Counted from the first letter of the stretch, positions 1-8,390 are shown. The stretch is 20,000 bases of DNA from an uncultured virus (IMG/VR IMGVR_UViG_3300032116_013561) (IMGVR_UViG_3300032116_013561); one strand, 5' to 3'. Translations and numbers: made by a program. Notes: generated by a model not told the origin, from the letters alone.

Positions 1-730
1 CTTCTTGCGTAATTCCATCAGGCCAAGTTGTTGCGGCTAATTTAAGTGCTTCTTCTTCGGTTAATCCGCCTGTACAAAATGTGTGATGGTGATAATCAAA
101 CACAATTGGAATTTTAATCTTATTATGAATATACATCAAATCTAATACGGAATACATTGTAGCCTTGTCATCATTCTCAACCGTCAATCGGCTACGAACT
201 GATTTAGATAAACGTTTGAAGTTGTTACAAAATCTATCCATTGCTGATTTCTTATCTCCGTAAACTCCGTTACAATGAATATTAATATTATTGAATGGTG
301 TTTTAGATAATCCCATCATATCAAATATCTTACCATGCAATTCCAAATCTGCTATTGCGTTCTTAACAACTTCTTCATTTGGTGAAGTTAATACAACGAA
401 TGGACCAGGATGCGAATTAATACGCATGTTATGGAACTTAGCAAAATCACCTGCTTTCTTTAACTCACTCTTAATCTCTTTGTAATCTTTTAGTTGGGTT
501 AAATCAATATGGTCACCCCAAGGTACGATAGCGGAAGATAATCTGAATAGTTTAATCCCATTCATTCTATTCCACTCTAATATTTTGATTATATCTTTTG
601 CATTTGCTAATGCTAATTCAGATACATAATCCAATCCTTTAGTTTGAAAAGTCCTCTTAACCATAGCTCGGTTAGTAGTAACTTTTTTACCCATACTCAT
701 ATTGATACAAGCATATCCTAAATTCATCAT
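1..730 (-). CDS. uvsE: UV DNA damage endonuclease (UvsE/UVDE), 3' end runs off the window
   Basis: Not in the ORF track. Manual translation from ATG 730: MMNLGYACINMSMG...IKLFRLSS...RINSHPGPFVVLTSPNEEVV...INIHCNGVYGDK...RLTVENDD...IPIVFDYHHH. These are the LGYAC, FRLSS, HPG, ENDD and DxHHH motifs of the UvdE family. Confidence 0.95.
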   Translation of the reverse strand, partial: MMNLGYACINMSMGKKVTTNRAMVKRTFQTKGLDYVSELALANAKDIIKILEWNRMNGIKLFRLSSAIVPWGDHIDLTQLKDYKEIKSELKKAGDFAKFHNMRINSHPGPFVVLTSPNEEVVKNAIADLELHGKIFDMMGLSKTPFNNINIHCNGVYGDKKSAMDRFCNNFKRLSKSVRSRLTVENDDKATMYSVLDLMYIHNKIKIPIVFDYHHHTFCTGGLTEEEALKLAATTWPDGITQE

Positions 731-752
731 TTTAGTATTATTTGTTGTAATA

Positions 753-784
753 CAAATATACAAAAAATGTTTGGATTTACCAAA
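753..784 (-). promoter_or_regulatory. Bacteroidota sigma-A promoter for uvsE
   Basis: Minus strand TTTG-N20-TATATTTG, matching the -33 TTTG / -7 TAnnTTTG consensus, 22 nt before the ATG. Confidence 0.85.
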
Positions 785-786
785 TA

Positions 787-2130
787 TTAATATGATTTAC
801 TTGAAAAATCGGTTGGATATTGTGAAGGTTTGATATGTTTTATCCAATAATTAACCGCATTTTGGTCATTTATCCAACTCTTACGGTCATTCCAATCAAA
901 AGTTGCTCTAGCATAATAAGGTAGTGCATTTCGTATTTCCATTGCTCTATTAGGATGTGCAGTTACTTCATTTATTATACCATCTCCATCTGTATCAATT
1001 CCATCAACAGATCCATCCCCATCAATATCAATATATCTTGGAGAATAATCAGGTTCAAGTTTTAACAAATCAGCATCAGTTATTTCTTCACTAATTATCT
1101 CATTCGTTTCCACATTTGTTGTAGTGGAATTAATTTCGTTTTTTTTTACTTCTTCGTTGTATTGAGAAGCCGCTTCTTTTAATTCTTCGTTTGGAGCCGG
1201 TGGATTTTCTATATTATCAAAAAATGTTTTTTTATCATTTTCTGATAATTCCATTGGTTCATCATACAATCCCAATTCTTGGTCATTCTTCATCATCTCA
1301 ACTAAAGCTTCTTTTTGCTTTTCTTTATCACCATATACTTCATAATCTTTACTCTCAATTTTTTCCATTATCTTTTCTTCTCTACGTTTCATAATCAAAC
1401 CATTAAACGCAATAATCAATGCTACTGCCAATGGGTCAAATACTAATACGATAATAAGGATAAAGAATTTAACAACATCATTAAGTGGAACACCAAACGC
1501 ATCTGCTACGAAACGGAATCCACCAACTTCTCTTTCTAATTCAATATTATTATTTTTAATTGAATTTATTGAATCTAAAGAAACATTATTTTGTTTTGTT
1601 AGTTCATCAATACGTTTGGATATAGAACTAATCTCTTTATCAGCATTACGAATCATTTGTGATACTCTTGCTGTTGATTTATCTTTATCAATTTGTTTAG
1701 ATAAATTTGCCTCTTGTGAGTTACGAATGTTTTGTTGATTGTTTAATTGATTAGTATATCTTTCAATTTCCTTATCGTTCTTTTCAATTTGAGTTTGATA
1801 TACTGCAATATCTCTTTCCACTTTTTGTAAGGAAAGATTTTGTTGTTGGAAGGCATTAGAAAGGTAACCAAAGATACCAGCCGATGTAATAAGCATTAAA
1901 GTTGCTACTGCTATCGTTAGATACCATTTATTAAATCCTTTAAGTGTATCCCATTCTTGCTTTAGATAAGTTGCGGCAACTAATTTTGCAGCCTCTAAAG
2001 AACCTGCCATTACCATTACTGATATAGATGCTCCTGCAAATAGAACACCCAATCCCGTTACGGAGAAGTAAGCTGCACAACCAGCAACAATAACTGCTGA
2101 TAATCCAACCAATATTTTTAACCAATTCAT
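787..2130 (-). CDS. Membrane protein with coiled coil and acidic C-terminal tail
   Basis: Three N-terminal hydrophobic helices, a ~110-aa heptad-rich Q/N/K/E stretch, a further TM segment (FFILIIVLVFDPLAVALIIAF), then an acidic tail with a DUF1778-like motif and two DxDGDG motifs. Confidence 0.85.
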   Translation of the reverse strand: MNWLKILVGLSAVIVAGCAAYFSVTGLGVLFAGASISVMVMAGSLEAAKLVAATYLKQEWDTLKGFNKWYLTIAVATLMLITSAGIFGYLSNAFQQQNLSLQKVERDIAVYQTQIEKNDKEIERYTNQLNNQQNIRNSQEANLSKQIDKDKSTARVSQMIRNADKEISSISKRIDELTKQNNVSLDSINSIKNNNIELEREVGGFRFVADAFGVPLNDVVKFFILIIVLVFDPLAVALIIAFNGLIMKRREEKIMEKIESKDYEVYGDKEKQKEALVEMMKNDQELGLYDEPMELSENDKKTFFDNIENPPAPNEELKEAASQYNEEVKKNEINSTTTNVETNEIISEEITDADLLKLEPDYSPRYIDIDGDGSVDGIDTDGDGIINEVTAHPNRAMEIRNALPYYARATFDWNDRKSWINDQNAVNYWIKHIKPSQYPTDFSSKSY

Positions 2131-2134
2131 TTTC

Positions 2135-2314
2135 TTATGATAAGTCTACTATATTTTGTGTCAACTCAACTAATCTTTCAATTTCTACTGTTAATTTTGT
2201 AGCCTCAGCAGGATTAGCTGGTCTTTCGCCTTTTAACATTTCAGAAATAACTTTTGCTCTCTTAGCAATTGCTTCTAAGTTTTCTTGAGCTCTCATTTTG
2301 TATTCAGGTTTCAT
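2135..2314 (-). CDS. Small helical hypothetical protein (59 aa)
   Basis: Not in the ORF track: MKPEYKMRAQENLEAIAKRAKVISEMLKGERPANPAEATKLTVEIERLVELTQNIVDLS*. Fills the gap, stops 4 nt before the next ATG and is preceded by the ATATTTAT motif. Confidence 0.85.
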   Translation of the reverse strand: MKPEYKMRAQENLEAIAKRAKVISEMLKGERPANPAEATKLTVEIERLVELTQNIVDLS

Positions 2315-2334
2315 AAAACTATTATTTGTTTCTA

Positions 2335-2343
2335 TATAAATAT
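2335..2343 (-). promoter_or_regulatory. ATATTTAT(A) putative phage promoter
   Basis: Sense-strand ATATTTATA 20 nt upstream of ATG 2314. The same motif precedes five other minus-strand starts. Confidence 0.6.
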
Positions 2344-2348
2344 TGATT

Positions 2349-2384
2349 AAAAATAAAAAGGGTGGATTTTGATACCCACCCTTT
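2349..2384 (-). terminator. Intrinsic terminator after hsp20
   Basis: AAAGGGTGG (2357-2365) / CCACCCTTT (2376-2384) stem followed on the minus strand by a T-rich run. Confidence 0.85.
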
Positions 2385-2400
2385 CGTTATTTTGATAGGA

Positions 2401-2880
2401 TTAACCTATTGAAATTGTTCTTTTCTTAGGTTGTTCCTTTTCTCTTTTTGGTACTGTTAGTTCTAACACACCATCTTCGAACTTAGCTTTTAGCTTATCC
2501 AAATTGAAGATTTTTGTATCGGCTGTGAATGTTCTTTGGAATGAAGAACGTTTCACTTCTCTACGAAGGTATGTACCACCTTCTTTTTCTTCAACTTTGG
2601 TATTTTTTTCACCCTTCAATGTAATGATTGAATCTTCTACATCAATGGTTATTTGGTCTTTACTTAGACCAGGAATTTCCGCAATAATCTCAATACGGTC
2701 AGCGAAATCAACAATATCACATTTTGGATATGCCGAAGCTGCGAAAGGTGTGATACCTACTTCTTTTGATAATTCAGGAAAATTTTCAGAAAATACTCTA
2801 TCTAAAAGAGTATCGAATGGCGAGAAAAACTCGTCCCTGTTAAATGGGGTAGGGAATCCCCTTTGAATTTGATTTTTCAT
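2401..2880 (-). CDS. hsp20: Small heat-shock protein Hsp20/alpha-crystallin
   Basis: YPKCDIVD...IIAEIPGLSKDQITIDVE...LKGEK...RREVKRSSFQRTF...AKFEDGVLELTVPK and a C-terminal IxI motif (TISIG). Confidence 0.95.
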   Translation of the reverse strand: MKNQIQRGFPTPFNRDEFFSPFDTLLDRVFSENFPELSKEVGITPFAASAYPKCDIVDFADRIEIIAEIPGLSKDQITIDVEDSIITLKGEKNTKVEEKEGGTYLRREVKRSSFQRTFTADTKIFNLDKLKAKFEDGVLELTVPKREKEQPKKRTISIG

Positions 2881-2906
2881 TTTTTTACCTTTTTTAAGCG
2901 TTAAAT

Positions 2907-2971
2907 CTAAATCCTCTTTTGAGCGATTTAGGGTTTGATATACCGGCCGGGTACTATCGTTATATAAATAT
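2907..2971 (-). promoter_or_regulatory. hsp20 upstream region: ATATTTATA motif plus two 5'-UTR hairpins
   Basis: Motif at 2963-2971; hairpins at 2937-2958 (GATA/TATC + TACC/GGTA) and 2907-2931 (CTAAATC/GATTTAG + CTC/GAG). Confidence 0.55.
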
Positions 2972-2979
2972 AGCGTAAA

Positions 2980-3645
2980 TTAAAATTTCACGCCATTTCT
3001 ATATTCACTATTTTCAATTCGGCAACTCATATGGTCTGCCCAATGTAATAAGTAAGGTAATTCAGTCTTTAACTGAAAGTTCTCATCGTATGATACAAAA
3101 TACTTTTTGTTTGATTCATTATATAATCCATCTGCTAACATAATACCTAACATTTCTTTTTGAGTAAAAGATATACCATAATGTTGCAATGTCCACAATG
3201 CTCTATGTGTTACATCCATATAATGAATATCAGGGTTTTGTTTGAATAAAGAACCTTGATTTTTACGATGCCAATCGCTCTCCTGCTCAACATAATAAGG
3301 TTTACCCAAATCACCCAACTTACCTAAGTCGTGATGTAATGCTGCAAACAATAATTCTTCTACTTCAAAATCAATGATACCACCATTCTCTTTGTATTGC
3401 TTCATCATTCCAATTGAATTCTTACATACATTCATAACATGGTCAATGTAACCACCAGTGTATGCTGAATGGAAATGCGCTTTACCACTTGCAGGTGCCA
3501 TCAACAACTCCATTCCTAATTGGTCTTCGGAGTACATATACAATAATTTCTCTAATCTCTCAGGTTGATTAGCGAATGCTTTCTTTACGAAGGATATGAA
3601 CTTATCGTAATTTTCCTTCAATTGTTTTTCAGTATAATTTCTCAT
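2980..3645 (-). CDS. HD-domain phosphohydrolase (YhaM-like HD domain)
   Basis: APAS...HFHSAYTGGYIDHVMNV...AALHHDLGKLG...LHWADHMS: the H...HD...D metal-binding signature. Confidence 0.9.
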   Translation of the reverse strand: MRNYTEKQLKENYDKFISFVKKAFANQPERLEKLLYMYSEDQLGMELLMAPASGKAHFHSAYTGGYIDHVMNVCKNSIGMMKQYKENGGIIDFEVEELLFAALHHDLGKLGDLGKPYYVEQESDWHRKNQGSLFKQNPDIHYMDVTHRALWTLQHYGISFTQKEMLGIMLADGLYNESNKKYFVSYDENFQLKTELPYLLHWADHMSCRIENSEYRNGVKF

Positions 3646-3650
3646 AATTA

Positions 3651-3682
3651 CAAATATACAAATTTATTCTTGATTTTCCAAA
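3651..3682 (-). promoter_or_regulatory. Bacteroidota sigma-A promoter for the HD gene
   Basis: TTTG-N20-TATATTTG, only 5 nt before ATG 3645; overlaps the end of the upstream ORF. Confidence 0.85.
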
Positions 3683-4029
3683 TTTTCTTCAATATCCTCA
3701 CCGCATAGGGCTGAATATAATACATCCAATTCTTCTTCACTACTACAAAATCCCAATCCATCCATATCACCAATCTCTATAAAAAATTGACCTTGCTTTA
3801 TACCAATCTCTTTTAGGAGTAATTGCTCATCAGTTGAGTTTGATACCAACATAGGTGCGAATTCATCATCTCTATATTTTGGAATCGGAAGTGTATAATA
3901 GTAATGTCCACTTTGTTCGTTTCCATCTTCATCCATACCATCATCTGCATTTACTTTTCTCCAACCTTGTCTTTCAAAGGTTTTTTCAGTTATAGGAGTC
4001 ATAGGTAATTTAACTTCTTTCTTTCTCAT
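3664..4029 (-). CDS. Acidic hypothetical protein (121 aa)
   Basis: Coupled to the upstream gene (TAATG overlap). The ends PMTPITEKTFERQGW and ELDVLYSALCGEDI recall, from memory, a small-protein family of Bacteroidota phages (PIPLTEE..GF / LQNLYFALTGEEL). Confidence 0.85.
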   Translation of the reverse strand: MRKKEVKLPMTPITEKTFERQGWRKVNADDGMDEDGNEQSGHYYYTLPIPKYRDDEFAPMLVSNSTDEQLLLKEIGIKQGQFFIEIGDMDGLGFCSSEEELDVLYSALCGEDIEENLENQE

Positions 4030-4577
4030 TATTCAATGACTATTTTTGTAAATAAAGTTTTATTTGAATTCCAATTGTATGCCTTAACAACCATAGTATC
4101 ACCAATCATTTCTCTTATAGGAGATATTATAGTATTAATTTCACCATTAGTACCACTGTAGCTTGATTTATTTATTGTTGGTACTAACTCATCTTTACTA
4201 GCAATCATTGGTGGTAATTGTACTATTGTATATTGGCCTGTAAAATAATTTACATAAGCTTGTGTAATAGTTGCCGTAGTATCACCACGCCTCAACCACC
4301 AATACATATTACTTTCCCAAGCTACTAATTCAGCCGGTATTGGCTCTCTACCATTCACTTTTATTCTACCAACAACTCTATGTGATTGCGGAGTACCATT
4401 TACAACAATTTTAAGATGATACAATCCATTGGTATCTTTTGGTAAGGAACGTAATCCATCTCTTGTTAGTACCGAATCAATTGTGAATGTGTACTCTTTA
4501 ATTGGCTCATAGTAATCTCTTTTCTCACAAGATACTAATACAAATAATAAAGCGATAGGGGTTAATAACTTTTTCAT
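4029..4577 (-). CDS. Putative lipoprotein
   Basis: MKKLLTPIALLFVLVS-C: basic N-terminus, hydrophobic core and lipobox Cys17, followed by charged EKRD; beta-rich mature part. Confidence 0.8.
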   Translation of the reverse strand: MKKLLTPIALLFVLVSCEKRDYYEPIKEYTFTIDSVLTRDGLRSLPKDTNGLYHLKIVVNGTPQSHRVVGRIKVNGREPIPAELVAWESNMYWWLRRGDTTATITQAYVNYFTGQYTIVQLPPMIASKDELVPTINKSSYSGTNGEINTIISPIREMIGDTMVVKAYNWNSNKTLFTKIVIE

Positions 4578-5059
4578 TATAGGAGTTTTTTAAGTATAGA
4601 ATCCCAAGTTGGGTATTCGTTAAATTCTTTTGTTTCGTAAGACCATCCGAATCTTAATAGTTCACCTTTGAATTCACCAGCACCATTTGCGGTTCTATCA
4701 TCAATAAGATAATCACCAATTAATAATCCTTTAAGGTGAGTGATTGCCATTTTCTTATGGAACAATCTACCAAAGTGTTCTTCAATCCAAAATCTTTTAT
4801 CCATAGCCGCCATCGGATTACCCCAAGGTGCTGCGGTAGCGATATACAAATTATACTTTCCACTTTCTGCTAATTTCTTAATTGCTTCAACAGCTCCTTC
4901 AATTGGTTTAGGGTTTCTGAAAATACCCGGTATGTGGTCATACCTTCCTTTATAAGCTGTTTTTAGAAATTCATTCTTTGATATAGTTTCTTCAACGTGC
5001 CCATTGAAATCAACAAGCACACCATCCATATCAATCCATACTATTTTTTTATCATTCAT
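4577..5059 (-). CDS. 5'(3')-deoxyribonucleotidase (NT5C-type HAD hydrolase)
   Basis: IDMDGVLVDF (motif I), F.N..PIEGAVEAIKKL, IATAAPW, K..WIEEHFG and GDYLIDDR (motif IV). Confidence 0.93.
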   Translation of the reverse strand: MNDKKIVWIDMDGVLVDFNGHVEETISKNEFLKTAYKGRYDHIPGIFRNPKPIEGAVEAIKKLAESGKYNLYIATAAPWGNPMAAMDKRFWIEEHFGRLFHKKMAITHLKGLLIGDYLIDDRTANGAGEFKGELLRFGWSYETKEFNEYPTWDSILKKLL

Positions 5060-5061
5060 AA

Positions 5062-5391
5062 TTAATGTGTTGAATTAAGTTCGTAATTATATTCTTTAAG
5101 ATATTCAACTTCTTTTTGGTGAGCTAGAGCTTTACCTCTAACAACTTCAACAATATAAAGTTCGTAAACATCTTTGTTAAATTTTTTCATATCTCTATAA
5201 AGAGCCCAATCTTTATCTTCCATTTTAGCTCTTGAACAATGTTTGTTAAAACGATTAACAACTGAATAATTTGTTCTTCTACCAATACAGGCCGTAATAC
5301 CCAAATAACTTTTACCATTGAAGGTATTGAAAATTTCGTAAATAATGTGGTTACGGTCAGACCTTTTCTTTCTATTAAGCATATCTATCAC
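5062..5391 (-). CDS. Small GIY-YIG-like nuclease
   Basis: HIIYEIFNTFNGKSYLGIT...RFNKH...AHQKE...LNS gives the GIY/YIG/R/E/N pattern. The start may be ATG 5382 rather than GTG 5391. Confidence 0.75.
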   Translation of the reverse strand: MIDMLNRKKRSDRNHIIYEIFNTFNGKSYLGITACIGRRTNYSVVNRFNKHCSRAKMEDKDWALYRDMKKFNKDVYELYIVEVVRGKALAHQKEVEYLKEYNYELNSTH

Positions 5392-5404
5392 TTTTATTAC
5401 ATAA

Positions 5405-5436
5405 TAAAGATACGAAAAATATCTGATATTACCAAA
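5405..5436 (-). promoter_or_regulatory. Sigma-A-type promoter with variant -7 (TATCTTTA)
   Basis: TTTG-N20-TATCTTTA ahead of the GIY-YIG / nucleotidase / lipoprotein operon. Confidence 0.7.
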
Positions 5437-5437
5437 T

Positions 5438-5485
5438 AAAAAAAGGGGTATAACCTATTGAAAATCAACAAGTTATACCCTTTTT
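5438..5485 (-). terminator. Probable terminator hairpin after phoH
   Basis: GGGTATAAC (5446-5454) / GTTATACCC (5472-5480) flanked by A and T runs. The loop carries the core of a 25-bp palindrome copy. Confidence 0.65.
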
Positions 5486-5511
5486 ATAAGTAATTGAAAA
5501 TCAATGAGTTA
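5451..5511. repeat. Two tandem copies of spaced palindrome TAA-N4-TTGA-N3-TCAA-N4-TTA
   Basis: taacctattgaaaatcaacaagtta (5451-5475) and taagtaattgaaaatcaatgagtta (5487-5511); third copy at 10821-10845. Confidence 0.85.
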
Positions 5512-6349
5512 TAAATCCTTCATTTTCAATCGTTTCTTCTTCATCTGGAAAGGGCTTAAAGTTAAAGTCCAATTCATAGGGGTTATTTTCACCTAATAAA
5601 ATTTGTTCTTCTAATTCATATCTTTCAAGCACTCTTTTAACAATACCAGAACGAATACAATCATCCTTAGTAAATTCTATTTGATAAACACCTTTTAGTT
5701 TACCCAATCGTTTCCATACATCAAAGAATCCACTTTTTGTATAAGCTGGTGAGCCGTTAGTTCGGTACTTATCACATTGAGAAAGGTCACCTTCTATGAT
5801 TAATTTAGTATCATCTGAAATACGAGTGATTAAAGTTTTTAATTGATGTGGTGATGCGTTTTGTGCTTCATCTAAAATTACATAACTCTTTTCAAAGTTT
5901 ATACCTCTAAGGAAGTTTAATACTCTGAATTCAATTTTACCTTGTTCTATTAACTTTTTAGTTTCAACCGGTCCTATAATTTTGTGCATTATAAAAAGAG
6001 ATGATTCATTATGTACGGCAATCTTCTCCATCAAATCGCCAGGCAAATGTCCTAACTTATCTTCGTTACCAACATCAACGGTTGGATTTATGATTATTAA
6101 TTTTTCAATATGTGATAAACGATGTAATAATAACTCTAAACCTTTTTGAATTGATATGTATGTTTTTCCTGCTCCTGCTAAAGCATGTCCCATTATGATA
6201 TTATGATTGGGGTGCTCAATTGCTTTGTAAAATCTTTTTTGATTAAATGTTTTGAATTTTATTTTCTTTATAACTTTTGGATAAGATAACTTATACTCTT
6301 TAACTACAACTTTTTCTACTTCTTCTTCGGAAACTCTTTTCTTAGCCAT
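5501..6349 (-). CDS. phoH: PhoH-family ATPase
   Basis: KTFNQK, ALAGAGKT (Walker A), LGHLPGDLMEK, FLRG.NF, ILDEAQN, LITRI, GDLSQCD, DCIRSGIV. Confidence 0.93.
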   Translation of the reverse strand: MAKKRVSEEEVEKVVVKEYKLSYPKVIKKIKFKTFNQKRFYKAIEHPNHNIIMGHALAGAGKTYISIQKGLELLLHRLSHIEKLIIINPTVDVGNEDKLGHLPGDLMEKIAVHNESSLFIMHKIIGPVETKKLIEQGKIEFRVLNFLRGINFEKSYVILDEAQNASPHQLKTLITRISDDTKLIIEGDLSQCDKYRTNGSPAYTKSGFFDVWKRLGKLKGVYQIEFTKDDCIRSGIVKRVLERYELEEQILLGENNPYELDFNFKPFPDEEETIENEGFITH

Positions 6350-6362
6350 ACCAATTGATTTT

Positions 6363-6713
6363 TTAGGTTTTTACTATCATAACTTTTGCTTTCGGTTTCC
6401 CTCTGGCCGCTTTTAATTTGAAGATTTTTATTTGATTATGTATATCTCTACACATTTCATATTTTTCTAATTTAATACAAAGATTAAGAAGCATTTCTAA
6501 AGCGGACATATAATCCTTCTGATATATCTTAGAAACTATATCAGATTCTTTGAAACGAAATAAAATAATGTGAGATTTTTTAGATTTAATTGCTGATGTT
6601 AATCGCTGAAATGTTTGGTGAAGAATCTCATCCCCATAATCGCTGAGATACTTATTAATAGCAGTGTTGGAACTATTAAGGTACTTCTGCCATGCAACAT
6701 TTGGATTAACCAT
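6363..6713 (-). CDS. Hypothetical protein (116 aa)
   Basis: Co-oriented with phoH and preceded by ATATTTATA (6732-6740). C-terminal CIKLEKYEMCRDI is a UVR-like helical pattern. Confidence 0.8.
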   Translation of the reverse strand: MVNPNVAWQKYLNSSNTAINKYLSDYGDEILHQTFQRLTSAIKSKKSHIILFRFKESDIVSKIYQKDYMSALEMLLNLCIKLEKYEMCRDIHNQIKIFKLKAARGKPKAKVMIVKT

Positions 6714-6755
6714 AGGCTACCTTTTATTACATATAAATATAACAAAACTTATCTA

Positions 6756-7820
6756 TTAATTCATACCTCTTGGATTTCCAATATTTCCTATTTGTGTAGA
6801 GAATCCAAATCTTCTTGGACCGTTAGGATAGTTTGATTGTGCTTCAGTTGGTGTTGAGCCTATTGGATTTGTAGTTTGTGGTGTTTGTGTATTTAATGAA
6901 GATGAACCCGTTGCTGGTGTTGATGCTGGTTTTTTATTTTTCAAATCAACAATTTGTTTTTCTATATCAGCTTTTTTAACTTTTAATTCATCTATTTTTT
7001 CTTTTAATTTAGCCTTTGCTTCTTCTTTTCTTTTTTTACTTCCTATTAATGATAATAAACTAAGTGGGAAAAATACTACCAAACCTAAAGTTCTCCATAA
7101 ATTTGTATTTCCAAAATTTTTAGAGTTTAATTCAGTTTCAGCTTGTTTAATTAAACCATTAACTTCTTTTAATTCTTTTTCTAAATTTTTAAGTTCAGTT
7201 TCATAATTTTCTAAACTTCTAGCTGCTTCAACTTCACTTTTAGCTTTAGCTTTTCCTGTTGTTGGGTCTACTTCTAATACAGTCCATGTTCCTAAAAGTT
7301 CTGCTTTGGTAACACCACCATTTTCAAAATCATTTGGATTGGGTGGTAATAAACAAGAATCAATATATTTAATCAATGATTCGTAATCAATTTCTCCTTT
7401 ATCGTTTACAAATAAATTTTTGTTCATAAAAACCAAATCTATTTCTTCTGGTTTTTTATTATCTTCTACAATTTTTAATAATTCACTTATATCAATGTTT
7501 ACGAAAAGTCTTATATCTAAAGCAGATTGTAAAAGATATGGATTTGATTCATCTATTGTTGCTAAAAAATCATTATAGAAAGGAACGGATGTGAAATATT
7601 TAGGCTCTTTATCATCTTTATTTTTTTTAACACCTAATATAAATCTAAATGAAGTTTCCGATATTGGGCTTATGTTTTTAATATCCGGATACTTAAATTG
7701 TATTCTATTAAGTTCCGGATATACACCATCAAGTATAATTTCATTTTTAATTACACTCGGTTTATAATTTCTTAGATTTGGATATTTGTTATCTAATTGT
7801 ATTAATTTTCTATACTCCAT
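6756..7820 (-). CDS. Hypothetical protein with coiled coil / hydrophobic segment / coiled coil
   Basis: 354-aa ORF. K/E heptad runs flank LWRTLGLVVFFPLSLLSLIG; low-complexity S/T/P/N tail. Confidence 0.8.
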   Translation of the reverse strand: MEYRKLIQLDNKYPNLRNYKPSVIKNEIILDGVYPELNRIQFKYPDIKNISPISETSFRFILGVKKNKDDKEPKYFTSVPFYNDFLATIDESNPYLLQSALDIRLFVNIDISELLKIVEDNKKPEEIDLVFMNKNLFVNDKGEIDYESLIKYIDSCLLPPNPNDFENGGVTKAELLGTWTVLEVDPTTGKAKAKSEVEAARSLENYETELKNLEKELKEVNGLIKQAETELNSKNFGNTNLWRTLGLVVFFPLSLLSLIGSKKRKEEAKAKLKEKIDELKVKKADIEKQIVDLKNKKPASTPATGSSSLNTQTPQTTNPIGSTPTEAQSNYPNGPRRFGFSTQIGNIGNPRGMN

Positions 7821-7849
7821 AAGGATAAATATATCCCTATAAAATTCCT

Positions 7850-8194
7850 CTACTTAGCCCACTTATCTCTTTGTACTAACTGAGCGATAATTCCATAAAC
7901 GGAAAGATCTTGGTAGGTATCTTGTACTGATTCACCTACTTCATCGGGCTGACCTAATACAACTAATTGTTTTAATCTCTGAACCTTATCGTTAATTCTA
8001 AACCATAATCCAGTTAGGGATAGCTTAACATCTTCTTTTGTTTGAAGGGAAGTTCCAACTGAAATGTTACCAGGTCCATAATTTCTTTGTTTCTTACAAA
8101 ATGTTTCATACATTTCCGCTTGAATCTTTTTGAATTCTTGCATCATTTCTGGATATACTCTTTCACAATATTGGATAGCTGTTTCTTCTTGCAT
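7850..8194 (-). CDS. DUF1599 / nucleotide-modification-associated domain 1 protein
   Basis: FCKKQRNYG...GLWFRINDKVQRL...ESVQDTYQDLSVYGIIA matches the K..DYG / RI.DK..RL / E...DT..DL.NY pattern of DUF1599. Confidence 0.85.
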   Translation of the reverse strand: MQEETAIQYCERVYPEMMQEFKKIQAEMYETFCKKQRNYGPGNISVGTSLQTKEDVKLSLTGLWFRINDKVQRLKQLVVLGQPDEVGESVQDTYQDLSVYGIIAQLVQRDKWAK

Positions 8195-8210
8195 ATAATT
8201 AATTTATATA

Positions 8211-8242
8211 CAAAGATATGAATATTTCTTGGATTTTCCAAA
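8211..8242 (-). promoter_or_regulatory. Bacteroidota sigma-A promoter for the DUF1599 gene
   Basis: TTTG-N20-TATCTTTG, 16 nt before ATG 8194. Confidence 0.85.
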
Positions 8243-8390
8243 CAAAATCATGTTTATTTATTTTTTTGAAAAATTTTTCCACATTTTCAGCTTTTTTATC
8301 AGCTGTTAGCATATATATTTACGGACACTGGACACTGGGATACTTGAAGCAGTATAAATAAAAACTTAGACAATAACCAGGAAAGCAGGT

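Noticed and set aside
5062..5391. Homing endonuclease or intron
   Set aside because: Only a short GIY-YIG domain without a DNA-binding tail, neighbouring genes are uninterrupted and no intron structure is seen.
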